Positions 55,993 to 64,000 of a DNA stretch of 64,000 nt are shown here, in pieces (positions within the stretch are counted from its first letter, which is position 1; the number at the start of each line of letters is the position of its first letter). Below the pieces are notes generated by a model, which was not told where the DNA came from, made no database searches, and saw only the letters and a list, made by a program, of their open reading frames with translations. A program made the position numbers and the translations under genes. This DNA comes from Verrucomicrobiaceae bacterium (lineage in GTDB: Bacteria > Verrucomicrobiota > Verrucomicrobiia > Verrucomicrobiales > Akkermansiaceae), in assembly GCA_051252135.1 (NCBI GenBank), contig JBPOGH010000002.1, forward strand, positions 256,001 through 320,000. Direction: 5' to 3'.

Positions 55993-58900
55993 GTGCGGTT
56001 TAAATTGCCCTTCTCAGATCCGGGACTTGTGTATCGACTTGCCGCTGCGGGATTTGCCTGCGCGACAGTCGGTGCCGGAGCCGCACCTCAGATTACCGAG
56101 TTTGCCGCGATCAATGGAGGGCATCTCCTTGATGGAGATGGCAGCGCGTCCGACTGGATTGAAATCCACAATCCGGATGGGGTTCCGCTCGAAATCGGAG
56201 GGTATCACCTGACGGATGATCCGGCGCAGCCGATGCTTTATACCTTTCCGGCCGGGACGTTGATCCCGGTGGGAGGGTATCTTACGGTCTTTGCTTCCGG
56301 TCGGGTTGAGGCCAATTACACTGATGGGGCTGGGAATCTGCACACCAATTTTTCGCTGAAGGGAAGTGGCGAGTATCTCTCGCTGCGGGCCCCGGATGGT
56401 TCACTGGTTCAGGAGTTCTTTCCGGAGTATCCTGCCCAGGAGGAGGATGTTTCCTATGGCTCGGGCACCTTGTCTCCCGAGTTCACTTTCATTTCGCAAA
56501 GTGACGTGTCCACCTGGCTGGTGCCCGGGAGCAATATTGGAAACTCCTGGCAATTGCCCGAATTTGATGACGCCGGGTGGAATGCGTCCGGAGTTTCGAT
56601 TGGCTATGGATACAATGATTTGATCAGCGCGGGTGGTGACACCCGGAGTGCGATGTGGTTTGTGAACGCCTCGGTTTACCAGAGGATTCCATTTCAGGTG
56701 GAAGACGCGAGTGCGATTTCATCGCTCTTGCTGAGCATGCGTTACGAGGACGGGTTTGTAGCCTACCTTAATGGGGTCCGTGTGGCTTCGGCCAATGCCC
56801 CTGCTGAAGGATCGCTTACCCATACCTCTAGTGCGACGAGTATTCACTCTGATGAAGAAGCAGTCATTCCGGTTGAATTTGATCTTTCACCGGCGTCCTT
56901 GGTGGACGGCACCAATATTTTGGCGATTCACGGATTGAATCGCTCGTCATCGGGGAGTGACTCCTCGGATTTTCTTATGATTTCCGGGCTTTCCGGGACT
57001 GCGGTTGGTGAAACGAGTTTTGGTTATTTTCTTCAGCCGACTCCGGGTGAGGCCAATGTGTCGGCTCCTTTGATTGGCTTTGTGAAAGACACCAAGTTCT
57101 CCCATGACCGGGGTTATTTTACGGAGCCCTTTGACCTTGCGATTACTTCGGCGACACCGGGCGCGGTCATTATTTACACGGTTGATGGAACGCCGCCATC
57201 GGAGTCGAACGGGATGATTTATACGGGGCCGGTCACGATTGATGAGACGACTGCGCTGAGAGCGATTGCGACGAAGAACGGCTATCAATCCTCCAATGTG
57301 GACACGCAGACCTACCTTTTTGTTGAGGATATCGTTCGTCAGACACGACCTTCCGATTACCCGTCGACCTGGAGTGGGGCGCGGGCTGATTACGACATGG
57401 ATCCCGAGGTGGTTGATGATCCGGCGTATGCGGATCTTTTTGATGAGTCGTTTGCGGCGATGCCCACTCTTTCGCTGGTGTTTGATCCGGATGCCTTTTT
57501 TGATTCCAGCACGGGGATTTACCAAAGGCCGATGGAGGAGGGGGTGGACTGGGAGCGGCCGACCTCCGCGGAGTTTTTCCTGGCGGATGGCTCGGAGCCG
57601 GGATTTCAGCTTGATGCAGGGGTTCGTGTCCAAGGGGGGTCTTCGCGAAATCCTGACACTCCGAAGCATTCGTTATCGCTCCGTTTTCGGTCAGAGTATG
57701 GTGCGGGGAAACTGAGATATCCACTTTACGAGAATTCCCCCGGGGGAGAGACGGCGGTGGAGGAGTTCGATGTGTTGCAGCTTCGTCCGGAGTATAATTT
57801 TGGCTGGATGCATCGTCATTGGTATCAAGCGGAGCATGCGCTTTATGGGCGTGATCAGTGGGCGAGTGATTTGTTTAACAAGATGGGGCAGAACGGCTCG
57901 CATGGTCGTTGGGTTCATTTGTTTTTGAATGGCATTTACTGGGGACTTTATGATTTGCACGAGCGTCCTGATGCGGATCACATGGCCAATTATTATGGCG
58001 GGCAGAAGGAAGATTACGACACGGTCAATTCCTCGGTGGCGACGAACGGGGACTTGGTGGCTTTCAATGAGATGATGGATTTGGCTTACGGGTCGATCAC
58101 GAGCGCGGGGACGTATGCGGCGATTCAGGAGTATCTCGATGTGGATGCCTTCATTGATTACATGGTGCTGAATGCGTATGTGGGGAACCGGGATTGGGAC
58201 GGGCACAACTGGCGTGCGGCGCGGAAGCGTGAGCCGGGGGCTCCTTATTTGTTCTTCCCCTGGGATACGGAATTTGCGGCGAGTCATGTGGGTGGGGGTA
58301 ACTTTTCCAATCCTCCGAATTTTGAGACCACTGCGTTGAATACCAATGTGCTGGGGAATAACGGGAATCGTCGACCGACGGGATTGCAGCAGCGGCTTGC
58401 GCTGAATGCGGAGTATCGGTTGCGTTATGCGGACCGGGTGCGGGCTCACTTTTTTAATGGCGGAGCATTGACTCCGGCGGTTTCGAGCACGACCTGGACG
58501 ACTCGTTCTGCATTGATGCATGATGCGGTTGTCGCGGAGTCCGCCAGATGGGGGGATTTTCGTCGTGATGTTAATAGTGGTCCGTGGAGTTCCGCGAACT
58601 TTGATCTTTATACGCGGGATGATGACTACCTGCCGATGAATACCTGGCTGGTCGGCAGCTATATTCCACAGCGCAGTGACATTGTCTTAAGTCAGTTGAG
58701 GAATGAGAATCTTTACCCTGACACTGATGCTCCGGATTTTTCCCAATATGGAGGGGTGGTGGCGGTTGGGTATGAGCTTGAGATCACTGGTCCGGGGACG
58801 ATTTATTACACGACAGATGGCTCGGATCCGCGATTGGCCGGTGGGAGTGTGAACGGGGCGGCGAGTGTGATTGCTTCGGGGTCGAGATTTACGCTGAATG

Positions 58901-59739
58901 AATCGACCTTGGTGAAGGCGCGGACGCGTGCGGCGAACAATGAGTGGTCGGCGCTGACCGAGGCGACGTTTACGATTGGAGCGGGGAATTTGGTGATCAG
59001 TGAGATCATGTACAATCCTTTGGGTGATCCGCTTTCCGAGTTTTTGGAGATCACGAATGCGGGGGCGTTTCCGGTGTCGTTGACGGGGTTGCGGTTTACG
59101 GACGGGTTGCAGTTTGAGTTTGATTTTCACTCGGCTATTTCCGCGATTCCGGCCGGGGGGAGAATCCTGCTTGTGCGGGACCTGATTGCCTTCCGTGCGG
59201 TTTACGGGAGTTCATTTGACGCGATCATTGCGGGTGAGTTTCAGGGGGATACGGCGCTGTCTGACAAAGGGGAGCGGCTGACGATCTCCAATGCGGACAA
59301 TGAGGTGGTTCTGAGTTTCCGGTATGAGGACAAGGACGGGTGGCCGGAGGAGGCGGATGGCAACGGGTATTCGCTGGTTTATGCGGGAGGCAATGCGGCG
59401 CTGGTCCAGAACTGGCGGCCATCGGTTGCGGTGGGGGGCAATCCGGGAGCGAGTGATTCGACGCCGTTTACGGGGGGAGATTTGACGGAATACGCGGTGG
59501 CGGTGCCCCTGGAGTTTGTTCAGGGAGCGAATGGTCTGGCGCTGACGTTTAGCACGAATTTGACAGCTGATGATGCGGTGGTGGAGCTCTCGGTTTCATC
59601 AAATCTGTTCGATTGGGAGCCAGTGTCTGCAGAGTTGCTGAGTTCCCAAGTGAATGGGAACCAGAGGGTGTTTGCGCTGGATGTGGTGCAGGATGGGGTG
59701 GGGTTTGCGCGACTATGGGTGCGCGAAAGAAGCAAATAG
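55993..59739 (+). CDS. Secreted lamin-tail / CotH kinase family protein
   Basis: LTD (ITEF...DWIEIHN); YTVDGTPP; CotH motifs KHSLSL, LFLNGIYWGLY..HER, DW..HNW, WDTE; second LTD (VISEIMY). Confidence 0.88.
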   Translation: MRFKLPFSDPGLVYRLAAAGFACATVGAGAAPQITEFAAINGGHLLDGDGSASDWIEIHNPDGVPLEIGGYHLTDDPAQPMLYTFPAGTLIPVGGYLTVFASGRVEANYTDGAGNLHTNFSLKGSGEYLSLRAPDGSLVQEFFPEYPAQEEDVSYGSGTLSPEFTFISQSDVSTWLVPGSNIGNSWQLPEFDDAGWNASGVSIGYGYNDLISAGGDTRSAMWFVNASVYQRIPFQVEDASAISSLLLSMRYEDGFVAYLNGVRVASANAPAEGSLTHTSSATSIHSDEEAVIPVEFDLSPASLVDGTNILAIHGLNRSSSGSDSSDFLMISGLSGTAVGETSFGYFLQPTPGEANVSAPLIGFVKDTKFSHDRGYFTEPFDLAITSATPGAVIIYTVDGTPPSESNGMIYTGPVTIDETTALRAIATKNGYQSSNVDTQTYLFVEDIVRQTRPSDYPSTWSGARADYDMDPEVVDDPAYADLFDESFAAMPTLSLVFDPDAFFDSSTGIYQRPMEEGVDWERPTSAEFFLADGSEPGFQLDAGVRVQGGSSRNPDTPKHSLSLRFRSEYGAGKLRYPLYENSPGGETAVEEFDVLQLRPEYNFGWMHRHWYQAEHALYGRDQWASDLFNKMGQNGSHGRWVHLFLNGIYWGLYDLHERPDADHMANYYGGQKEDYDTVNSSVATNGDLVAFNEMMDLAYGSITSAGTYAAIQEYLDVDAFIDYMVLNAYVGNRDWDGHNWRAARKREPGAPYLFFPWDTEFAASHVGGGNFSNPPNFETTALNTNVLGNNGNRRPTGLQQRLALNAEYRLRYADRVRAHFFNGGALTPAVSSTTWTTRSALMHDAVVAESARWGDFRRDVNSGPWSSANFDLYTRDDDYLPMNTWLVGSYIPQRSDIVLSQLRNENLYPDTDAPDFSQYGGVVAVGYELEITGPGTIYYTTDGSDPRLAGGSVNGAASVIASGSRFTLNESTLVKARTRAANNEWSALTEATFTIGAGNLVISEIMYNPLGDPLSEFLEITNAGAFPVSLTGLRFTDGLQFEFDFHSAISAIPAGGRILLVRDLIAFRAVYGSSFDAIIAGEFQGDTALSDKGERLTISNADNEVVLSFRYEDKDGWPEEADGNGYSLVYAGGNAALVQNWRPSVAVGGNPGASDSTPFTGGDLTEYAVAVPLEFVQGANGLALTFSTNLTADDAVVELSVSSNLFDWEPVSAELLSSQVNGNQRVFALDVVQDGVGFARLWVRERSK

Positions 59740-59773
59740 TCAGAGGGTTAGGAGATTTTCCTCCAGAAAATCC

Positions 59774-59801
59774 GTTAGATTGCCCGATAGGCGGCAGTGG
59801 T
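59774..59801 (+). promoter_or_regulatory. Candidate ECF sigma promoter, copy 3
   Basis: GTTAGA-16bp-AGTGGT upstream of the second PEP-CTERM gene of the cluster. Confidence 0.6.
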
Positions 59802-59938
59802 TGCGTGATGGGTGAATTATTATTTTTCCATCACTCCTCATTGCAGGCTTTTGAAGACTGAAAAACGGAGGCTCTCGCAGAGGGCGAACGGGGGAAACCT
59901 CGATTGGAATGCATCCTAAAAAAACAAAAACAGAAATA

Positions 59939-60664
59939 ATGAAACAAACTAAACAATTAGTCCCGACGTTGGTGGGCTCGGTTTGCGTTTTGGCGCAAGC
60001 TCATGCTGCTACCATCTATTCGGAGAACTTCGATGGTTTGACGGTCGGCAACAACCTGACGACCTCGACCGACTGGAGTGCCGCCGCTGATGATTACGTC
60101 GTGCAGGCTTCCAACGCCGCATTTTCGAGCAATAACCTCCTGGTTGGGACCGATGCGACAAACTTCAACTTCGCGAACTGGGACGATGGAACCCAGCGGA
60201 CCTTGTTGACCATCTCGTTCGATATCGTGGATCTCGGCACGAGTGGCGCAGGCGGAGGTGATCGTGGGATTCGTTTTGCCGCGAGTCGGACAACTTCGAA
60301 TGCGGCGCTTGTCGATGTGAATGTTGACGACTTGGCGGACAACACTCTTTTCCACTATGACATTGTGGCCAACATCACGGGTTCTTCCGTTCTTTATGAG
60401 GATGGGATTACTTCGATTGCAGCGACCTCGTATGACGTTTGGGTCAACGGGGTGAAGACCGTGGATGGTGCCGCGCTTGTTGGTGCCGGATCCGGCAATA
60501 TCGATGGTGTTGGAATGTGGGCCAGACGCCCTGAAACCCAGCTCTACGTTGACAACCTGGCCTTCCGCGACACGGCGTTTTTTGCTGCGGCGATTCCCGA
60601 GCCGAGTTCCTTGGGGCTTTTGAGCTTTGGTGCGCTTGCGCTTTTGCGTCGTCGCTCCCGCTAG
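59939..60664 (+). CDS. PEP-CTERM sorting domain protein
   Basis: Signal peptide (AQAHA); ends IPEPSSLGLLSFGALALLRRRSR. Confidence 0.92.
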   Translation: MKQTKQLVPTLVGSVCVLAQAHAATIYSENFDGLTVGNNLTTSTDWSAAADDYVVQASNAAFSSNNLLVGTDATNFNFANWDDGTQRTLLTISFDIVDLGTSGAGGGDRGIRFAASRTTSNAALVDVNVDDLADNTLFHYDIVANITGSSVLYEDGITSIAATSYDVWVNGVKTVDGAALVGAGSGNIDGVGMWARRPETQLYVDNLAFRDTAFFAAAIPEPSSLGLLSFGALALLRRRSR

Positions 60665-60680
60665 TTGATGGGATTTTTTC

Positions 60681-60720
60681 AAAGCCGATTCCGGAGTGGT
60701 CCGGGGTCGGCTTTTATTTT
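60681..60720. terminator. Probable bidirectional Rho-independent terminator
   Basis: aaagccgattccgga-gtgg-tccggggtcggcttt followed by tatttt, between convergent genes. Confidence 0.75.
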
Positions 60721-63700
60721 GAACCGGGCTGGAAGCGGATGGAGTGGGGGGCGGTGCCTTGGATGGGGAGGTTGAAGGTTTGGCTCCAGGTGCCGGTGGC
60801 GGGGTCGAAGTTGGTTTGCCAGAAGTCGTTTCCGTGGGTGGATTGGTCGACTTTTTTTCCATTGTGAAAGAGGGTGCCGCCGCGATGGGAGGTGAGGCCG
60901 GTGAAGGTGAGGGGGAGGTAGCCGAGGCCGTTGGTGAGGGTGAAGGCGGCTTCGCCGTTTTGGGTGTTGAGGCGGATGTCGGGGAAGGTGTGGATGAGTT
61001 CTCCTTTTTCGATGGTGAGGGTGCGCGCGTTGCCGGCGGCTTCGCGGAGGACCATGAGTGCGGTGTTGCCGTGTTGGGTGAGGGCGGTGCGGAGGGCTTG
61101 GTTGGGGCCGTAGTAGTCTTGGGCGGATTGGGGGATGACGAGGTGTTCGATGGTGGCTTCGATGAAGTCGCCGGGCTGGAGCGCGGTGATTCCGGGAGGG
61201 GGGAGGAGGTCGATGGTGGAGGAGTCCTTGCGGTGTCGGGTGAGGCCGCGTTCGGCGAAGTAGGGGTCGGTTTTTTTACCGCCAAGGCGGGCGTTCCAGG
61301 AGCGGATGATGATGCCGCGATTACCGAGGGCGCCGCCTTTTTTGGAGTCGTCGGTGATGGCATCGTGGAGGGAGATCCAGGGGTGGGAGCCGGGGAGCGG
61401 GGTGGGGGCGATGGGGTAGGTGTTGCCGCCCCATTGGGCGTCCCATTCGCGGGTGAGGCCGTCGGCATTTCCAAAGGCGAACTTGCGTTCGCGGGTGAAG
61501 TTATAAGTGTCGGAGCCGACCTGGAAGATGACGAAGCGGGAGAAGGGGGCGGCTTTTTGGGCGTCGAGGCGGATGCGGTAGGTGCCGCGGACGAGGTCGT
61601 CACTGCGGGAGATGCTGACGGTGGTATGGTGGGTGAGGGCGTCGCCGATTTTTCCGGCGTAGGTGACTTCTGTTAGACAGGGTCCTGGCTTGTGGCGGGT
61701 GGTTTTGATTTCGCGGTGGGGGAGGCGTTTGCCGGAGGGATCGAAGAAGCGGAAGAAGTCGCCGCCGCCGATGTTGGCGGTCCATCCCCATGGGGTTTTG
61801 TTGTTCATGCCGGTGACCATGAGGGGGCGGACGTCGGTGATGGTGGTATCGGCGAGGGCTTGGTTGGGATCGTAGCAGATGCTCTCGCCCCAGGAGCCGA
61901 TGGCGGATTGTTCCCAGAGGGTGTTGGTGCCCCAGCCGATGAGGGAGAGTTGGGCGTGGGAGGCGGCGGGGACTCCGCCCCAGTGGCCGTAGGCGAGGGT
62001 GAGTTCGAGATGGATGGTGGCTCCGGCGGGGAGGCGGATTTGGGAGATGCCGTGGAACCATTGGCCGGCGTAGGTGCCCGCTTCTTCGTTGTGGTGCCAG
62101 TTCTTGCTGAGTTGGACGGGGATGCCGGTGGGGTGACCTTCGGCATCGCGGAGGATGGCGGAGATGCCGGTGATGGGGGAGCCGAAGCGGTGCTTGATGC
62201 CGCCACGGGTTTTTTCAAACATGAGGCGGGCGGATTGTTCGATTTGGGTGGGGTTGGTGAGGGTGAAGGGGATGCGTTCGAGGACGTCGTTTTCTTTTCC
62301 GATGGGTTTGATGCCATCGAGATTGATGCGGTGCCATCCTTGGGCGGGATGGAAGGTGACGGGTTGGGCGGTGGTGATTTTTACGGGATCGGTGGGAGGG
62401 AGGGATTGGAGGGTGACGGGATTGAGGGCGAGGTGGGCTTGGGGGCCGGTGGTTTTTTGGTGGAGGGTTTTGTCGCCGGACTTGAGGGTGAGTTCGAGGT
62501 CTGCCGGGGGATCGGTGAGGAGGGTGAAGGAGAGTCGGTCGGTCCAGGCGGCGACCTCGAGTCGGGCGTCGGTTTTGAGTTGGGTGCCGTCTTTTGCTTT
62601 GAAGGTGAGGTGGGTGATGTCGAAGCGTTGGAAGAATTGGCCGGATTCGATGAGGCGGGGTCCGGTGTAGCGGGTGGCCTTTGAGCCGCCGGTGGAGGTG
62701 TAGGTTTTGCCGTCGGCGGTGATGTTGAGGGTGAGGGAGGCGGGTTGTTTTTGGGAGCCGAGTTCGGTGATTTCGAGGGTTTCGGTGTTGAGGGCGAGGC
62801 GGAAGTGTGGGGATTCGATGGTGCGGATCCATGGGGCTCCGGGGTTTCTGCCGGGGAAGCCTTTTGTCCAGGACATGTGGGTGTGGTCCTGCGTGGTGGG
62901 CATGAGGGCTTTGGGGTTGGTGGAGGTGAGCCAGCGGAGGTTTCTGAACCGGGGCTGGGGTCCGGTCCATGGTCCTCCGAGGTCGACTTTATCTTTCCGG
63001 TTTTTGGAGCGGAGGGTTTCCTGCGGTGAGAGTTCGAGTTCTTTGGCGTTGGCCCAGGTGAGGTTGGATTCGTCGTTTGCGTTTTTAAAATCGGCTGGGG
63101 AGAGGGTGATGGTTTGCCAGTCGGGGCCTCCGGTGAGGGCGACCTCGGCGGCGTGGTCGTCGAGCCGGATGACGAGGGTGTTGGGTCGGGGTGAGCGGAT
63201 GTCGAGAGAGAGTTGGGCGTTCGTGGGAGCGGCCCATTTGGGGTCGTTGATTTTGTGGGTGGTGAGGGCCCAGTTGAGGTCGGGCCGGTAGCTGAACCAT
63301 TCTTGTTGCCAGTCGCCGCGGAAGTCCTCGATGAGGGTGGAGGGTTGGTCGGTTGCTTGAGCGGTATTGAGTTCGTCGGGGGAGATGAGGTGGACGAGGG
63401 AGGAGAGGTTGAAGTGGGGGGCGGTGAAGGTGCGGTAGTAGTAGCCGGCGCCGGTGACGGGTTGGTCGAGTTGGTAGCGGACGTTGGCGTAGACCCAGAG
63501 GGGGCGGGAGGTATCGAGGAGGGGGAGGCGGGCTTGGTGGGTGCCGTCGATTTCTCTGGTGGCGGCGTGGTGCCAGTGGCGGTATTTGGCGTCCTCGAGG
63601 GTTTCGTTTTCCGATCCTTGTTGGGTGTAGAAGGCATCGATGCCGAGGATGGGGCGGGAGGTGTCCGGGGTGACCTTGATGCGGGGGATGTCGTTGAGGA

Positions 63701-64000
63701 CGACTTCGGTTTTGGGGGTGGCGGGGGTGGTGAAGGTGCCTTTGAGGTGGTGGTCGAACCAGAGTTGGGTGGCGACCTCGTATGGGGCGGTGTCCTGGTG
63801 GTTGTGATGGGGGGCGCAGGTGACGCGCCAGTGGGTGCTTTTGATTTGGCCGATGGCGGCGGGGAGGTCACCGAGGCGGCCATGGAAGTCGTTGGCGGGG
63901 CTGAGGAAGATGATGGGGCAGGTGATGCGGGGGAGTTGTTGGTCGTCGCTGCTGGTGTTGCGGTAGAGGGGTGATTTGGAGTCGAGATCGCTGATGCCTC
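60714..64000 (-). CDS. Large protein (more than 1090 aa, 5'-truncated): alpha/beta-hydrolase-like region fused to a 729-aa domain of unknown function
   Basis: The frame of ORF 60714..62903 stays open to the window end (GISDLDSKSPLYRN..ITCPIIFLSPANDFHG..APHHNHQD..WFDHHLKG..FRNLRWLTSTNPKALMPTTQD). Confidence 0.75.
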   Translation of the reverse strand, partial: GISDLDSKSPLYRNTSSDDQQLPRITCPIIFLSPANDFHGRLGDLPAAIGQIKSTHWRVTCAPHHNHQDTAPYEVATQLWFDHHLKGTFTTPATPKTEVVLNDIPRIKVTPDTSRPILGIDAFYTQQGSENETLEDAKYRHWHHAATREIDGTHQARLPLLDTSRPLWVYANVRYQLDQPVTGAGYYYRTFTAPHFNLSSLVHLISPDELNTAQATDQPSTLIEDFRGDWQQEWFSYRPDLNWALTTHKINDPKWAAPTNAQLSLDIRSPRPNTLVIRLDDHAAEVALTGGPDWQTITLSPADFKNANDESNLTWANAKELELSPQETLRSKNRKDKVDLGGPWTGPQPRFRNLRWLTSTNPKALMPTTQDHTHMSWTKGFPGRNPGAPWIRTIESPHFRLALNTETLEITELGSQKQPASLTLNITADGKTYTSTGGSKATRYTGPRLIESGQFFQRFDITHLTFKAKDGTQLKTDARLEVAAWTDRLSFTLLTDPPADLELTLKSGDKTLHQKTTGPQAHLALNPVTLQSLPPTDPVKITTAQPVTFHPAQGWHRINLDGIKPIGKENDVLERIPFTLTNPTQIEQSARLMFEKTRGGIKHRFGSPITGISAILRDAEGHPTGIPVQLSKNWHHNEEAGTYAGQWFHGISQIRLPAGATIHLELTLAYGHWGGVPAASHAQLSLIGWGTNTLWEQSAIGSWGESICYDPNQALADTTITDVRPLMVTGMNNKTPWGWTANIGGGDFFRFFDPSGKRLPHREIKTTRHKPGPCLTEVTYAGKIGDALTHHTTVSISRSDDLVRGTYRIRLDAQKAAPFSRFVIFQVGSDTYNFTRERKFAFGNADGLTREWDAQWGGNTYPIAPTPLPGSHPWISLHDAITDDSKKGGALGNRGIIIRSWNARLGGKKTDPYFAERGLTRHRKDSSTIDLLPPPGITALQPGDFIEATIEHLVIPQSAQDYYGPNQALRTALTQHGNTALMVLREAAGNARTLTIEKGELIHTFPDIRLNTQNGEAAFTLTNGLGYLPLTFTGLTSHRGGTLFHNGKKVDQSTHGNDFWQTNFDPATGTWSQTFNLPIQGTAPHSIRFQPGSK

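Noticed and set aside
59880..59910. GGGCGAAC...GAAA hairpin resembling a c-di-GMP-I riboswitch
   Set aside because: The downstream GACGCAAAG segment and second stem are missing.

Overview
High-GC bacterial chromosomal segment, most likely Verrucomicrobiota. This is inferred from three PEP-CTERM proteins, sulfatases, LamG/lamin-tail/CotH surface proteins and an ECF sigma/FecR-LamG pair. The left part is mostly core envelope and housekeeping genes: partial lpxC, Nif3-like protein, tRNA-Gly, an EPS export module (secreted helical protein, beta-barrel, Wzc, short Wza), prc, yggS, a MITE-like palindrome, an ABC transporter operon and nnr. The middle carries glycan/sulfate-related enzymes and large secreted proteins. 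At 46-49 kb is an integrase-less integron cassette remnant (two attC sites, a strong promoter, two decayed toxin-antitoxin modules). The best candidate for an undescribed system is 50.5-60.7 kb: an ECF sigma plus FecR-LamG anti-sigma, followed by PEP-CTERM, LamG, CotH-kinase and PEP-CTERM genes. A motif GTTAGA-N16-AGTRRT occurs with identical spacing upstream of the sigma gene and both PEP-CTERM genes. Several large secreted proteins share a C-terminal domain that may be a sorting signal. All calls are by eye; no searches were run.
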